Part shown: one piece after another, positions 1 to 10,443 of the stretch
How the letters are laid out: each line of letters begins with the position of its first letter
Numbering within the stretch: position 1 is the first letter of the stretch
Source of the DNA: Diplonema japonicum
Taxonomy: Eukaryota > Protista > Euglenozoa: Diplonemea
Assembly: GCA_964019335.1 (NCBI GenBank)
Contig: OZ025761.1
Location: forward strand, 124,001 to 188,000
Direction: 5' to 3'
Length of the DNA: 64,000 bases
Made by a program: the position numbers and the translations under genes
The notes under the pieces: generated by a model
What the model saw: the letters and a program-made list of their open reading frames with translations, nothing else
What the model was told of the DNA's origin: nothing
Databases searched by the model: none

Positions 1-158
1 GCTTTCTTCTTCTTCTATCTGCTTCTTCTTTCTTCATTTGACTTCATAAGCCTTCAAGACAAGCACACAGAGAAAAAAAAAGGGGGGAGTGAATAAGAAA
101 CGAAAAAGAAAAGAACATGAATAGAAAGAGTAAGAGATCAGATGAAGAGGTGAACGAT

Positions 159-1220
159 ATGACAGTGTTCGTGAAGACGGGAGGCGGGGTTCACGATGTG
201 GAAGTGTCGGGGAAGGAGACGGTGGGGAGCCTGTACAAGAAGGCGGGGTGTGCTGCTCGTTTACTCGAAGGCAAGTTCAAACTGGTTTGGGAAGGAGACC
301 TCCTTGACATGAACGGGGGTGAGGAGCTTCATTCACTTGGGCTTGTGGAGGGCTCCGTGGTCCATGTGGAGGCGAACAAGATGAGAACTGTTCAGCTGGA
401 GGAGCTTGAGAGATCAGAAGTGGTTTCGGAGCTTGAGGGGCTTGTGACAGCTGACCCTGAGCTGGTTCTGGTGGTGGAGGTGGGGAACTCGCCAACTGTT
501 GAAGTCTTGTCCATGAACAGGAGGGTCCTTCCTTCTGGACTTCGGTTCCTCGTTGTCACCGACTCCACAGGCTGTGTTACAAGGATTGACGCTCACTTTC
601 TTGAAGGTTCCCACCACCTGATGTCTGTTGCTCTCATCCTCCCCAATGTTTTCACCATTGATAGTGGCTTTTTATGTGGGTGTACAGATCTAGAAACCAT
701 CAACTTGAATGCGATGACCAATCTTTATTCCATTGGTTCTCACTTCTTGTATGAGTGCGAAAAACTAAAAGCTATCAACTTGAGTTCGATGACCAATCTT
801 AATTCCATTAGTTCCTGCTTCTTATATGGGTGCACAACACTAGAAACCATCGACTTGAACTTGACCAATCTTTCTTCCATTGGTTCTGGGTTCTTGGTCG
901 GGTGTAAACAACTAGAAACCATAGACTTGAGTTCGATGACCAATCTTAATTCCATTGGTGATGACTTCTTGTCGGGGTGCAAAAATCTAAAAACCATAGA
1001 CTTGAGTTCGATAACGAATATGTATTCCATTGGCTCTGACTTCTTGCTTGAATGCACAAATCTAGAAACCATCAACTTGAATGCGATGACCAATATTGGT
1101 TACATTGGTCCTGGCTTCTTGAAAGGGTGCGAAAATCTAAAAACCATAGACTTGAGCGCAATTTCCACGCACCTTCTGACCCGCAGGGACGTTCCCAGGC
1201 ACCTTCAGCATCCCAGGTAA
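159..1220 (+). CDS. Ubiquitin-like domain + BspA/TpLRR-type leucine-rich repeat protein (divergent subfamily, no CaaX)
   Basis: N-terminal UBL-like fold (MTVFVKT...ETVGSLYKKA...FKLVWEG...LHSLGLVEGSVVHV) followed by ~25-aa repeats LxSIGxxFLxxCxxLxTIDLSxMTN. The in-frame ATG at 159 matches the starts of the paralogues; the ORF track starts at 117. Confidence 0.8.
   Translation: MTVFVKTGGGVHDVEVSGKETVGSLYKKAGCAARLLEGKFKLVWEGDLLDMNGGEELHSLGLVEGSVVHVEANKMRTVQLEELERSEVVSELEGLVTADPELVLVVEVGNSPTVEVLSMNRRVLPSGLRFLVVTDSTGCVTRIDAHFLEGSHHLMSVALILPNVFTIDSGFLCGCTDLETINLNAMTNLYSIGSHFLYECEKLKAINLSSMTNLNSISSCFLYGCTTLETIDLNLTNLSSIGSGFLVGCKQLETIDLSSMTNLNSIGDDFLSGCKNLKTIDLSSITNMYSIGSDFLLECTNLETINLNAMTNIGYIGPGFLKGCENLKTIDLSAISTHLLTRRDVPRHLQHPR
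649..1160 (+). repeat. ~75-bp coding tandem repeats (LRR units)
   Basis: Recurring ctagaaaccat(c/a)(g/a)acttga...gatgaccaatctt...ccattggt units at ~72-75 bp spacing. Confidence 0.8.
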
Positions 1221-1379
1221 CAGGTGAAGTATTTCTCAATTACTCAGGGAGTACCACCTGGGAGGTGCGAAGAACAGGTGCGAGAAAGGGTCAAGGGGGG
1301 ACCTGGAAGCTTTTCCCTTCGTTCCTCTCTGCTTTTGTTTTACTTTTGATTTTTTTTTTTTTTTTTTTTTTTATAAGGG

Positions 1380-1729
1380 CACACCGAACAGGAACTGGGA
1401 ATCACCTGATTCCAGCAGAAACTAGGAAGTCGGTACACTCGTTGCGTACCCTGGGGCTCCACAGCCATTCCATCATTGGATACTCCACTCGTCCAGCCTT
1501 CGCGTCCCCGAAGGCAACCCACCCGATCCTAGAGGAGCACCTGCGAACTCATTGCATCCTCAACAACTCGCTAGTTGGTTTCACGCCCAAGCTGCTGAAT
1601 AGATACCACGACAGGCCTAAGGCACTACCACAACAGAAGGGATCAAATCAGGTTCCCTTCAGAGACATCTTTTATTCAAGCGTCCTGCCACGCACCGCAG
1701 GTACCCTTAAATGTCTCTCTTTTTTTTTT
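1380..1729 (+). mobile_element. 3' fragment of T-tailed LINE family
   Basis: Peptide GYSTRPAFASP..HPILEE.L..HCILNNSL.GF.PK...PQQKGS matches the C-terminus of the LINE at 6511-6870. It ends in cgtcctgccac..accgcaggtacccttaaatgtctc + T-run, like 6887-6943. Confidence 0.75.
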
Positions 1730-1794
1730 ATTTTGTTTTCTTACTTGTTTTTCGTAGTCAAAAGAAAGTGTCCATCCCTGATCCCCAAGAGAGA

Positions 1795-1885
1795 GTGTAC
1801 CATCCTGTTTCTCGCGGAAACAGAGAACCTACCACCACAGCAGCCGACCGATCAGATGCAGCAGCAGTGGGAATAAAAAAAAGAA
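1795..1885 (+). mobile_element. Short 3' fragment of ingi-like LINE
   Basis: atcctgtttctcgc.gaaacagaga...cacagcagccgaccga.caga.gcagcag matches 34198-34270. Confidence 0.6.
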
Positions 1886-2129
1886 ATCCCCCCCCCCCCC
1901 CCCAAATAAGATTTCCCTCACCCCAAAACAAGATTGGAAACGAAAAGTTGTAATTAAAAAAAAAGAAAAATGTTTTAGAAGAAAATATAAAAAAAAAAAA
2001 AAAAAGAAAAAAAGAAATGATGTCAGACTGGAATATATAAGAAATCGCTCAAGGGTGCTATTTTGACCTATGAAAAATTCAGTCTTAGGGCCAAAATCGG
2101 GTTTTAGTGGTTTTGGTAAAGTCAGAGAG

Positions 2130-3872
2130 TATGCTTTCAATAGCAAGAAATAGCGGAACTCACTGCTAGAAGGTGGCTGAAATGATGTTGAAGGTGGAAA
2201 CCTTCGTTTCTTAGTCTTCTGCAGTTTAGATGTGCTGCTGCTGCTGGGTGGGCGACCTCGTTTCTGTTTCATATTAGGCCTTCTACCGCGTTTTGGGGGG
2301 GTTTTAAGAGGCTCATTCGCAGGTGTGCTTGGTGCTTCGGGCTTGTCATGCTCTTCTATGGGGGAAGTGTCGAGTTTCTTTTGTAACTTGATAACAATTC
2401 TTTCCCGTTTTTCAAGTCCGGGAAGGCTATCAGGAACGTCTTCATCCTCATCACAAGATTCATTTGCTGGGGGCCTTTTCTCTGCCCTGTCTGCATCGAG
2501 TTCTTTGATGACGTACTTTAGTTCCTTCCAGCTCGTGGATGCACATGTTGTAGCAAATACACCCTCTGTGAGTACTCTTGAACCCATATGCGCCTGTAAA
2601 GTCCGGGAACTCAAGAATCTTCTTTTTGTACGGGCCAAAGACATCAGTAACTACAAATGCAGAGGTGTACCGTATCGTATTGGTGATGTTCGCTATTTGT
2701 TCGACAGTTTTAATTGTTGTGGAACGAGACACCCGAAGCCAAACACGAGAAAGCACTCCGAAGTGGCTGTCCCTGCCGTTTTTGCCGTGTTTCTCCCCCA
2801 GAAACCACAGGGAAAACGTCTGATCAGCATAGACGTCACGAAGACCAAAAAGAACAAAATAGCAAAATTCCTTTGCACGAAAGTGACGCCCACTGTCAGT
2901 CCAGAGAATCCACTCCATTTTTTCGGGGATCGCAAACCCACTAGCCAGGACAGTTTTCAGGCACTCGATAACGCATTTCACGTCAGTATTCAGACTTGAA
3001 AGCACACAATCAACATGCAGCGCCCTACGACACCATGCCCGTCAATCCAGTACACCCCGATTCCCAAAACACTAAACGATTGCGAATGGTAAAAATCGTA
3101 GCTTGTTGATACAGGACCCATTGGTAGGGACCCCTTGGACTTGAAGTCGATGTCAAGAACTAATGCATCCGGTGGGGGAGAAGTCCTGTGCTCATTGTAC
3201 AACCTTCTTTGGGCCATACACCTTTCAACATGTTGCTCCCAAGGCTTCAAGTTTGAACAAGTTCACGTACCTTTTTCTTTGGGTACTTCCATCGAATCGC
3301 ATCAATGCAATTTAGGGTCTCTTGCATGTCCGAAACACTGAACTGCAGGTCCCATTTGACCCCACGTGATGTCATCGTTTGCAATAGCGAAAGACGCATC
3401 CGTTGTGCTTTTGTACAGTACTCGCACATATCCGTGGGTTTGGCACAGTGCATAAATTCCTTCCCTCTCCTCCTTCGGAATGTTGAATAGGAAATCTTAT
3501 TCATAAGGGCGGATGACCGGAAAACATCTTGATATGACACCTCGAGTGACCTTACGGTAGTCATCCTGTGGCGTTTGCTGTGAGACGCCGGAGGACCCGC
3601 GATGTTGGCTGGCTGACTGCTAGATGATCAGAATTGATCTCTGTGTCATCCTCCAAGGACGTCGCACTGGGCCGGCCTGGCTTGCACACTGTACCCATGC
3701 TACTGTAGAACAAGTCTTTTCCAACAGTAAGGCCAGCTGCCCTTATTTCGTCGTGTGTGATGTGGTCAAGCCGCATGCCTCTGACCAATTGGCGCCGTGT
3801 GGCGTCTTGTTGTCTATTAAACCAACCAGAAAATGATGGCAGAAGTGCCGCTAAAAGTTCCCCCTTACACAC
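2130..3872 (-). pseudogene. Fragmented DDD/E transposase (Sola-like)
   Basis: ORF pieces 3561-3872, 3247-3564, 2990-3250, 2460-3005 and 1829-2644 carry CxxC, DF, xD.GxHFR and HGK..D motifs in order. Confidence 0.6.
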
Positions 3873-4076
3873 TACGTCACAAACTAGTGCAGCACAGTCG
3901 TTGCCACTGAGCTTCTCAAGAACCTCTTTGGCGAGTGTCCTGATCGCCGATGTGTTCCCATTTACCCTTTCTCGGTTCGTACCTTTTTTTTACCCCTAGT
4001 TTCTCAACTGCAAGTTTAAAAGCGTCCATTGGACCCCCCCCTCTTTTTCTGAAGTTGTTTAAAGTGGGAAAGCCTA

Positions 4077-6943
4077 ATTAATCCGAGCTACCTGGGGCGA
4101 GGGAGCTTGGGCGAGCCGACTCTCAAACGCATAACAGCGCCTGCTACAGCGCACAGCGTGGGTGCGGTCTCAAAGAGATATCTAGCGCTCGAGAAAATCC
4201 GCGTAGGTTGTGCTGCTGTAGTCAGACGGCTGAAGCCTATATGTGGAGCCCCCCCGCATGAGATCTGTAGGGGATGGGACAACGTGGTGCGACGTGCAGT
4301 GAACCAGCGTGTCATCCCTGAGAGTGCGGCGCCGACGGTTGATATGGCCAAGGACGCTGCGGAGCTGCAGGCGAAGGTGCTCCAAGTGCAGAGAACAATG
4401 GACCTCGCTAGCAAAGTATCGCGGGGTGCTAAGCACAAGAGGGAGATGGAGTACCACTTCGCGAAGCATCGCCAAACCATAGCGGGACTAGTGCAGGGAA
4501 AACAGTCGAGAGAGCTGCTGGCGGTCCGGGCGGCTGACGGGAGGCTCAGCACCAATCTGGGCGAGATCGACCGCGCGTTCAGGGAGGCATGGAGTCCTGT
4601 GTTCCAGATGTACAAAGACAGGCCAGAACCAACAGCGGAAGAGTTCGTGAGATCCTTCGGGGGGTATATCCCGTACTGCTCGATGTCCACCACGGAGCTC
4701 ACCTCTGCGCAGCTTCAGAAGGTCCTCAACAAGAAACAGCGGCAGCATTGTGCAGGGGTAGACGGATGGAGGCTGAGTGAGCTAGCGCACCTACCCCCAG
4801 AACTCCTCGATGGCTTCCTGTTCCTCTTTGACTGGATTGAGACGACCGGCGTGTGGCCACAAGCAATCCTGACTGCCTTGATCACGATGATCCGAAGTCT
4901 GAGTCAGAAGAGCCCTTAGATCCATGTACGCCAACCTCGACCGGCGTTTGCACTTCCAGGCGGGGGTAGGGGAGGTGTTTCGCACCACAAACGGAATCCT
5001 CCAGGGCTGCCCTATCTCACCCGTCTTCATCAACGCCATCCTCGCTGCCTACATCAGGCGATGCGTCACCACATTCCCAGAAGTCCTACCCATCTCCTAC
5101 GCGGACGACCTATACCTCTTCTCTAGGATCTCGGAGAAGGCGGTCCAGAGTTCCATACTCTTGCTGGACGAGCTCTGCCGCCTGACGAACATGTCGGTAC
5201 ACCCGGGGAAAACTAAGGCCTTTAGCACCAAGAAGGGGTACAGAAGCAGGCTGGCGATGAGGGGCACCTTATTCGATACGGTGAAAAGCGTAACTATGCT
5301 GGGGTGTACGGTGTGCCTGCAGCCCACCAGGACGAAGAACACAAGGATCGCCACGGCGCTGGATGCTGTCGACAGGCTCACAGTGACCAAATCACGAGAA
5401 CGCGTAAGGCCCAACTGATAGAAGACTGCATCCTACCAGCGGCGCTCTACGGAGTGCTCTACACGCCACCCACGGACTCGCTCTTGGACTCCCTCAGGAA
5501 GAAGATTACCTCTTGCATATGGGGCCCACACAACCCAACACGCTCGTCAGGCGCCCTCCTCGGGGTGGCTTTCAAGGGACACAGGCTGGACCCGTACTCA
5601 GCAGCCGCATACCGCAGGATCACAACGTTTGCGTGGATGATGAGGAGCGACGGTGAGTCCAGTTCACTCGTCAGGGCGTGCAGAGACGGCTACAAGGAGG
5701 CCGCCCGAAACGGAAACCCCCTCGCCCCGCGCAGGATACTCGGACAGACCCACGAGCTGCTGGAGGAACTAGGGTCCAGCTGGGCGCAATTCGCGCGGCA
5801 ATGGGTCCCCCTAGAGCCTGGGGCATTGAAGCATGAGGTCAGGAAGCTCCTGAAGGTCCACCTGCGAGCGGACCCTCCTTTCAGGGGACGGGCGACATCG
5901 ACGAAGTGACAACCAACGGGCTACACCTGCACCTGGCGACCCGCAACCCTCCCAAAGCACGAAGGGTACTGCAGGCGATAACTGGGGCTGTTTTCCCGTT
6001 CCACCCCAAGATCATCAACGACACGGTCGGGGGGGCGGACGAAATGCATGGGCTGCGACGCTACTTTCGACATTTCGGAACACACGGCGAGACTCCTGGA
6101 GCACACCCTCTGGGACTGTCAGGCACACGAGCACATCAGGACAGCTTCCGAGACGCGGGCAGCGCTGTGCACACAACGTAACCAGTGGCCCCGGTGCACG
6201 CAACTGCACGGCATCGCGACAGTGGGACTCGGGCTGGACACTGCCGAGTTGCAGCTGATGATGGCGGAGATTACTGGTAGCTTACAACTCACCTTCGCAC
6301 GGAAGAAGACGATGGACTTCAGCGTTCACCTGTGGAACAGGCCTTTCGAGAAGGGGTGTTTGCTCAAGCCACGGTTTTAGCCATGGTTTGAGGCAACAGT
6401 ACCTCCCACGGCTCATCCCGCACGTCATCCGATGGCTCTCTGCCCTTCACTGGGGCACGACAGGTGGATAGGTCTCCAGGCTTGAGCTGGCCATAGACTT
6501 CATTGCCACGGTGGGACTCTCGCCTTGTGAAGAGGGTGAGGACATCCAAGTGAGCGCGCGTGTAATAGGCCGGGTGATAACGGCACTAGAACGCATCCAC
6601 ACCAGTAAGGGCATAGCGCCCCTCATCCCAGCTGCGTCAGTAGTTTCTGTCCACTCCCTACACACGTTGGGTTACTACAACAGCTCCGTAAGGGGCTACT
6701 CCTCTAGACCGGTATTCGCCTCCCCGGCGACCCGCCACATCCTTGAGAAACAACTGTACAACTATTGTGTCCTTACCAACTCGGTTGAGGGTTTTATACC
6801 TAAGGTACCGAGGAGGGTGAACGAGGGGCCGAAGGCCACACCACAGCAGAAAGGTTCGATCAAGAGATAGATTGAGACTCTTCAGGCGTCCTGCCACATA
6901 CCGCAGGTACCCTTAAATGTCTCTTTTTTCTTTTTTTTTTTTT
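4077..6943 (+). mobile_element. 5'-truncated non-LTR retrotransposon (LINE) with T-tail and ~93-bp target duplication
   Basis: RT motifs GVDGWRLSEL..LP, WP, GILQGCPISP, ISYADD and a C-terminal H-x-LWDC zinc-knuckle remnant. It has an internal deletion near 4910 and frameshifts. 3984-4076 is repeated at ~6936-7040. Confidence 0.85.
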
Positions 6944-7289
6944 ACCCCTAGTTTCTCAACTGCAAGTTTAAAAGCGTCCATTTTTGGAACCCCCCCCCCC
7001 CCCCCTCTTTTTCTGAAGTTGTTTAAAGTGGGAAAGCCTATTTTTGGAACCCCCCTCTTTTACTGAATTTATGCAAAGTGAAAAAACCCATTTTTGCCCC
7101 TAGGACTGAATTTTTTGGCTACTAGTAACACTCACTTTCCAATTTTATGGGGTGTTTTTTTTTCCTAACCTGGGCTGGGAAAGTTGTAGAAATTTTTTTC
7201 TTTGGGAAAAAGTACTTAGAGAAATATTGAAAGTGTCAATTGGCCTCATTTTGGGGGGGTTTTTTTGAAACGATGCCATATATTATAGT

Positions 7290-8031
7290 GCGACATGATC
7301 AGACTGGAACGGCCGCCCCGGGGCATCCTCTGCTCAACCGAGAGAAAGAAGACATAATTGCTGGTTTAAAGAAGGAGAGGACATGCTACAAGTGGGCAGG
7401 GAAGACAGAAGCACCCCAAAAAGATGGAAGGGCTCAGCAGAAAAGAAGAGGTGATGATGGGGAAGTCCGGGCATCACGAGCTGTTGAAGAAAGACTTCAA
7501 GCAACGCATTTGCGAAGGATGCGGACCCGCAACAGAGAGAACGCTCAAACACCTCCTCCTGAAATGCCCTGCTACCAAAGCGGCCAGGGCTAAACACTTC
7601 GACACCCTGACGCTAAAGCACATCCTTGGGAAAGACCCCTGAAAAGCGATCCTATTCCTTGAAGAGACCGAAAACCTACCCCCCAAACCACCACAGCAAC
7701 CGACTAACCCGCCGACGTAGCAAAGCCGATCAAGGCAGCTGAGCGAATTGAAAGAGTGAAAAAAAAAGAGCCCCCCCCCCCCCCCCCCCAAACCCACCCC
7801 AATATATTTGAAAAAAAAAAAAAAAAAAAAAGAAAAAAAAAATAAGAAGATGCTGAGGACCGGCACCCTCAGTAGCCTTCAAAAAAAAAAAAAAAAATGC
7901 CAAACAACCAGCAAAGCTTGTGGGTAGAGAACACCAGTATGGTCATGAGTACTCGGGCAACCGGGTGAGCGTCTCGAGACACTTCCAACCCACCTAGTGG
8001 GTACGGCCTTAGCAAGTCGAAAAGGAAGTGG

Positions 8032-8066
<35 letters not shown>

Positions 8067-8186
8067 CCGGCGGACGTGGGAGGCCCTTCTTCGGAAGGTG
8101 CCAGTCGCTTGACCAGTGTCGTCGAATGCGCGCTATATTTTATAAGTTCGCATAACAATCGAAAGTAAAAGGACGTATACCAAGGG
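7290..8186. repeat. Dispersed ~250-bp repeat split by LINE insertion (intact copy 49959-50201; end copy 19870-19930)
   Basis: The intact copy reads gctcaacccggcggacgtgg; here gctcaacc (7340) and ccggcggacgtgg (8067) flank the LINE. Confidence 0.75.
7341..8064 (+). mobile_element. 3' portion of ingi/I-clade LINE including structured 3' UTR and poly-A
   Basis: KSGHHELLK...CEGCGPATERTLKHLLLKCP matches 33944-34312. The UTR 7849-8038 matches 34359-34568. It splits the repeat 7290-7340/8065-8186. Confidence 0.8.
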
Positions 8187-8535
8187 GTTGGCCCAGAATG
8201 TCAGTTTTCTTTTTTTCTTTTCTTTTCTTTTCTTTTTTTAAGGTGGTGGGTCATTTGTTGGGGAGGGTCATTTGTTGACATTCTTTGCCTTAGCAAGCAA
8301 AAAGAAGTGGAATTTAAAAAAAAAAAGGAAAAAGTGAGAGCGAGCACCCCATGCACACTGAAACTTTATCGAATTTCTTTTTGAATACTCAATTTCCCCC
8401 CTTGTAGACATTGTTTATAGGGCATGTGACCCTCCCCCAAAAAGGAGATACTCTCACTTTGTTTCTATTAAAGATCTATGACTTGGTCCAACTGTCACCT
8501 CTATCACAGGAACAGCTTTTTACAAAAGAAATAAA

Positions 8536-9603
8536 ATGAGCCTGACGGTGTTCATCAAGATAGAGAACAAGGAGACGCACGAGGTGGAGCTGGGAAGCCA
8601 TGACACGGTGAAGGACCTGTACAGGAAGGCGGGGGAGGCTGCTGGGGTGGAGGAGAAGACTTTTCTTTTACACTTCGAAGGTGAGGAACTGGACGAGACT
8701 CTCGGTGGGAATGAGATACAGCACCTTGGGATGTGGGAGGGGTGCGAGCTCCTTCTCTGCTGCAATGTCCGCAACACGATGTGTGTCCTTTCACAGGAGC
8801 TGTCTTCAGAAGAGACAAGGAAGGCAATAGAACGGCGTTTGGAGGAGGACCCTGACCTTCTTCTTCAGGTGGAAGTATCGGGTGTGGGCTCGTGTTTTTG
8901 GCTGTGTGAAGAGGACTTCCCTTCTGGCCTTCGTCATCTCAAAGTGACGGACCCTGGGCAGTGTGTGACCTCCATTGGCGATTGCTTCTTGGCTGAGTGC
9001 GTGTCCCTTGTCACCCTTGATCTCACCTCCCTGCGGGGTGTTCAGAGAGTCAAAGATTCTTTTCTTTTCGGATGCAGGTCGTTGCAGGCTGTTGACCTTA
9101 CCCCCTTTTGCAACATCAAAAAAATCGAATATCGCTTCCTCAATTACTGCGAATCCCTGACAGAGTTGGATCTGGGACCCCTTCAGAACGTGACGGAGGT
9201 GGATTTCTGTTTCATGTCAAATTGCACGTCTCTGCAGACCCTTGATGTGGGTCCCCTTCGAAATGTCACGGTGATTGATGGCCAGTTTCTCAGCTCTTGC
9301 AGTTCCCTCACTTCTGTGGATCTTGGCCTTCCTCATGTGGTGTTGGTGGGCGACAACTTCCTCGGTGATTGCAGCTCTCTCACTTCTGTTGACCTCAGCG
9401 CGATGCGGAACTTGTCGCGGTTGGGATATGATTTTCTTTCCGGCTGCAGTTCTCTGACCACTGTTGACTTCGGGTATCTGAGGGAGAGGGTCAAAGTTGT
9501 TAAAAATGGCTACATGGCCCACTGCGACAATGTCCCTTTGGAGGAACGCAGGAAGCCATCGCCAGTCACACCCCGGCGCAAGAAGTGTTGTTTTGTGTGC
9601 TGA
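8536..9603 (+). CDS. UBL-LRR protein with C-terminal CaaX (CFVC)
   Basis: UBL N-terminus MSLTVFIK..., seven ~25-aa LRRs, ends RRKKCCFVC*. Confidence 0.85.
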   Translation: MSLTVFIKIENKETHEVELGSHDTVKDLYRKAGEAAGVEEKTFLLHFEGEELDETLGGNEIQHLGMWEGCELLLCCNVRNTMCVLSQELSSEETRKAIERRLEEDPDLLLQVEVSGVGSCFWLCEEDFPSGLRHLKVTDPGQCVTSIGDCFLAECVSLVTLDLTSLRGVQRVKDSFLFGCRSLQAVDLTPFCNIKKIEYRFLNYCESLTELDLGPLQNVTEVDFCFMSNCTSLQTLDVGPLRNVTVIDGQFLSSCSSLTSVDLGLPHVVLVGDNFLGDCSSLTSVDLSAMRNLSRLGYDFLSGCSSLTTVDFGYLRERVKVVKNGYMAHCDNVPLEERRKPSPVTPRRKKCCFVC

Positions 9604-9690
9604 CCCCTCTCGTGGTGTGCGGGGAACCTTCCAGTATTTGAGAACTTGTGGAATGACACACTCGTTCCCTTTCTGTGTGTGTGCTTTTTT

Positions 9691-9831
9691 TGTTACATAT
9701 ATTTATCTTTCAAAAAATGATTTTATAACTATATGCAACTTGTGCCGAGCATAAAACTTTCGCAGCTTTTTGTTAAAAACCTTTTTTGCTCGTGCGAACA
9801 ACAAAGACATATAGTCATAAAGAATTATTTT
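9691..9831 (+). repeat. ~140-bp palindromic repeat, solo form of YR-retroelement termini
   Basis: Near-identical to 47078-47217 and to the reverse complement of 13719-13867 and 16834-16952. It has internal inverted arms and is preceded by a T-run. Confidence 0.8.
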
Positions 9832-10332
9832 ACTAGACTGTGGGAACAAACCCTGGGTCGAACGCGGACACAGTATTAACAGATAGACCCCCCCCTACCC
9901 CCCCTCCCATAGGGCGGCCCTCTAGCGCTGCTGTCCTGTACTTTGAGTTTTCTTTTTCTTTTTCTTTCTTTTTTTTTGAAACACTTCTATTGCTGATTTC
10001 GTCCTGCCTCTTTTTGCAGCCTGTCACAAGGTGGCTCAGGGTGCGGTGTTTCACTACACAGCAGCATTGGCTTTCGGCTTTCGGCTTTCTGCTTTCGTAC
10101 CATTACCTAGCTTTTGCCTTTGTGCTTCTTCACTCCGTTATCTCGCACCCCTCTGTTTTTCTACCTTGATAAGGATCTCGCTTCCCTGCTTAATCTAAAG
10201 GGGGCGTCGTTCGTCATAACCACCAACATCACATCCCCAAAGGGCACGGTCCAGGAGTATTCTCAAGGGAAAGGGGGACAACCAATACCACCTTTACGTC
10301 TACGGAGACGTCGCATGGTGTTGCGTGGGGAT

Positions 10333-10378
<46 letters not shown>

Positions 10379-10443
10379 AAATACCATCACAGGAACAGCT
10401 TCTTGCAACTGTATCTTTTCACACACCCCTTTTTTTTTTGAAA

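Larger units (their letters stand above)
2033..7283 (-). mobile_element. Sola-like DNA transposon (degenerate), interrupted by a LINE at 4077-6943
   Basis: Frameshifted transposase pieces on the minus strand (3872 to ~2130): TDMCEYC, LDIDFKSK..YDFY, WTDSGRHFR, EKHGKNGRDSHFG. The ends are imperfectly inverted (2040-2115 vs 7080-7115), ATATAT occurs at both boundaries, and a further end copy lies at 28295-28447. Confidence 0.6.

Noticed and set aside
7849-7880. CTGAGGA as a hammerhead ribozyme core
   Set aside because: No correctly placed GAAA/stem II, and the second copy reads CTGAGGT.
10114-10443. N-terminal extension of the kinase ORF
   Set aside because: Poly-Lys/Phe derived from homopolymer tracts upstream of the likely acceptor and ATG 10444.
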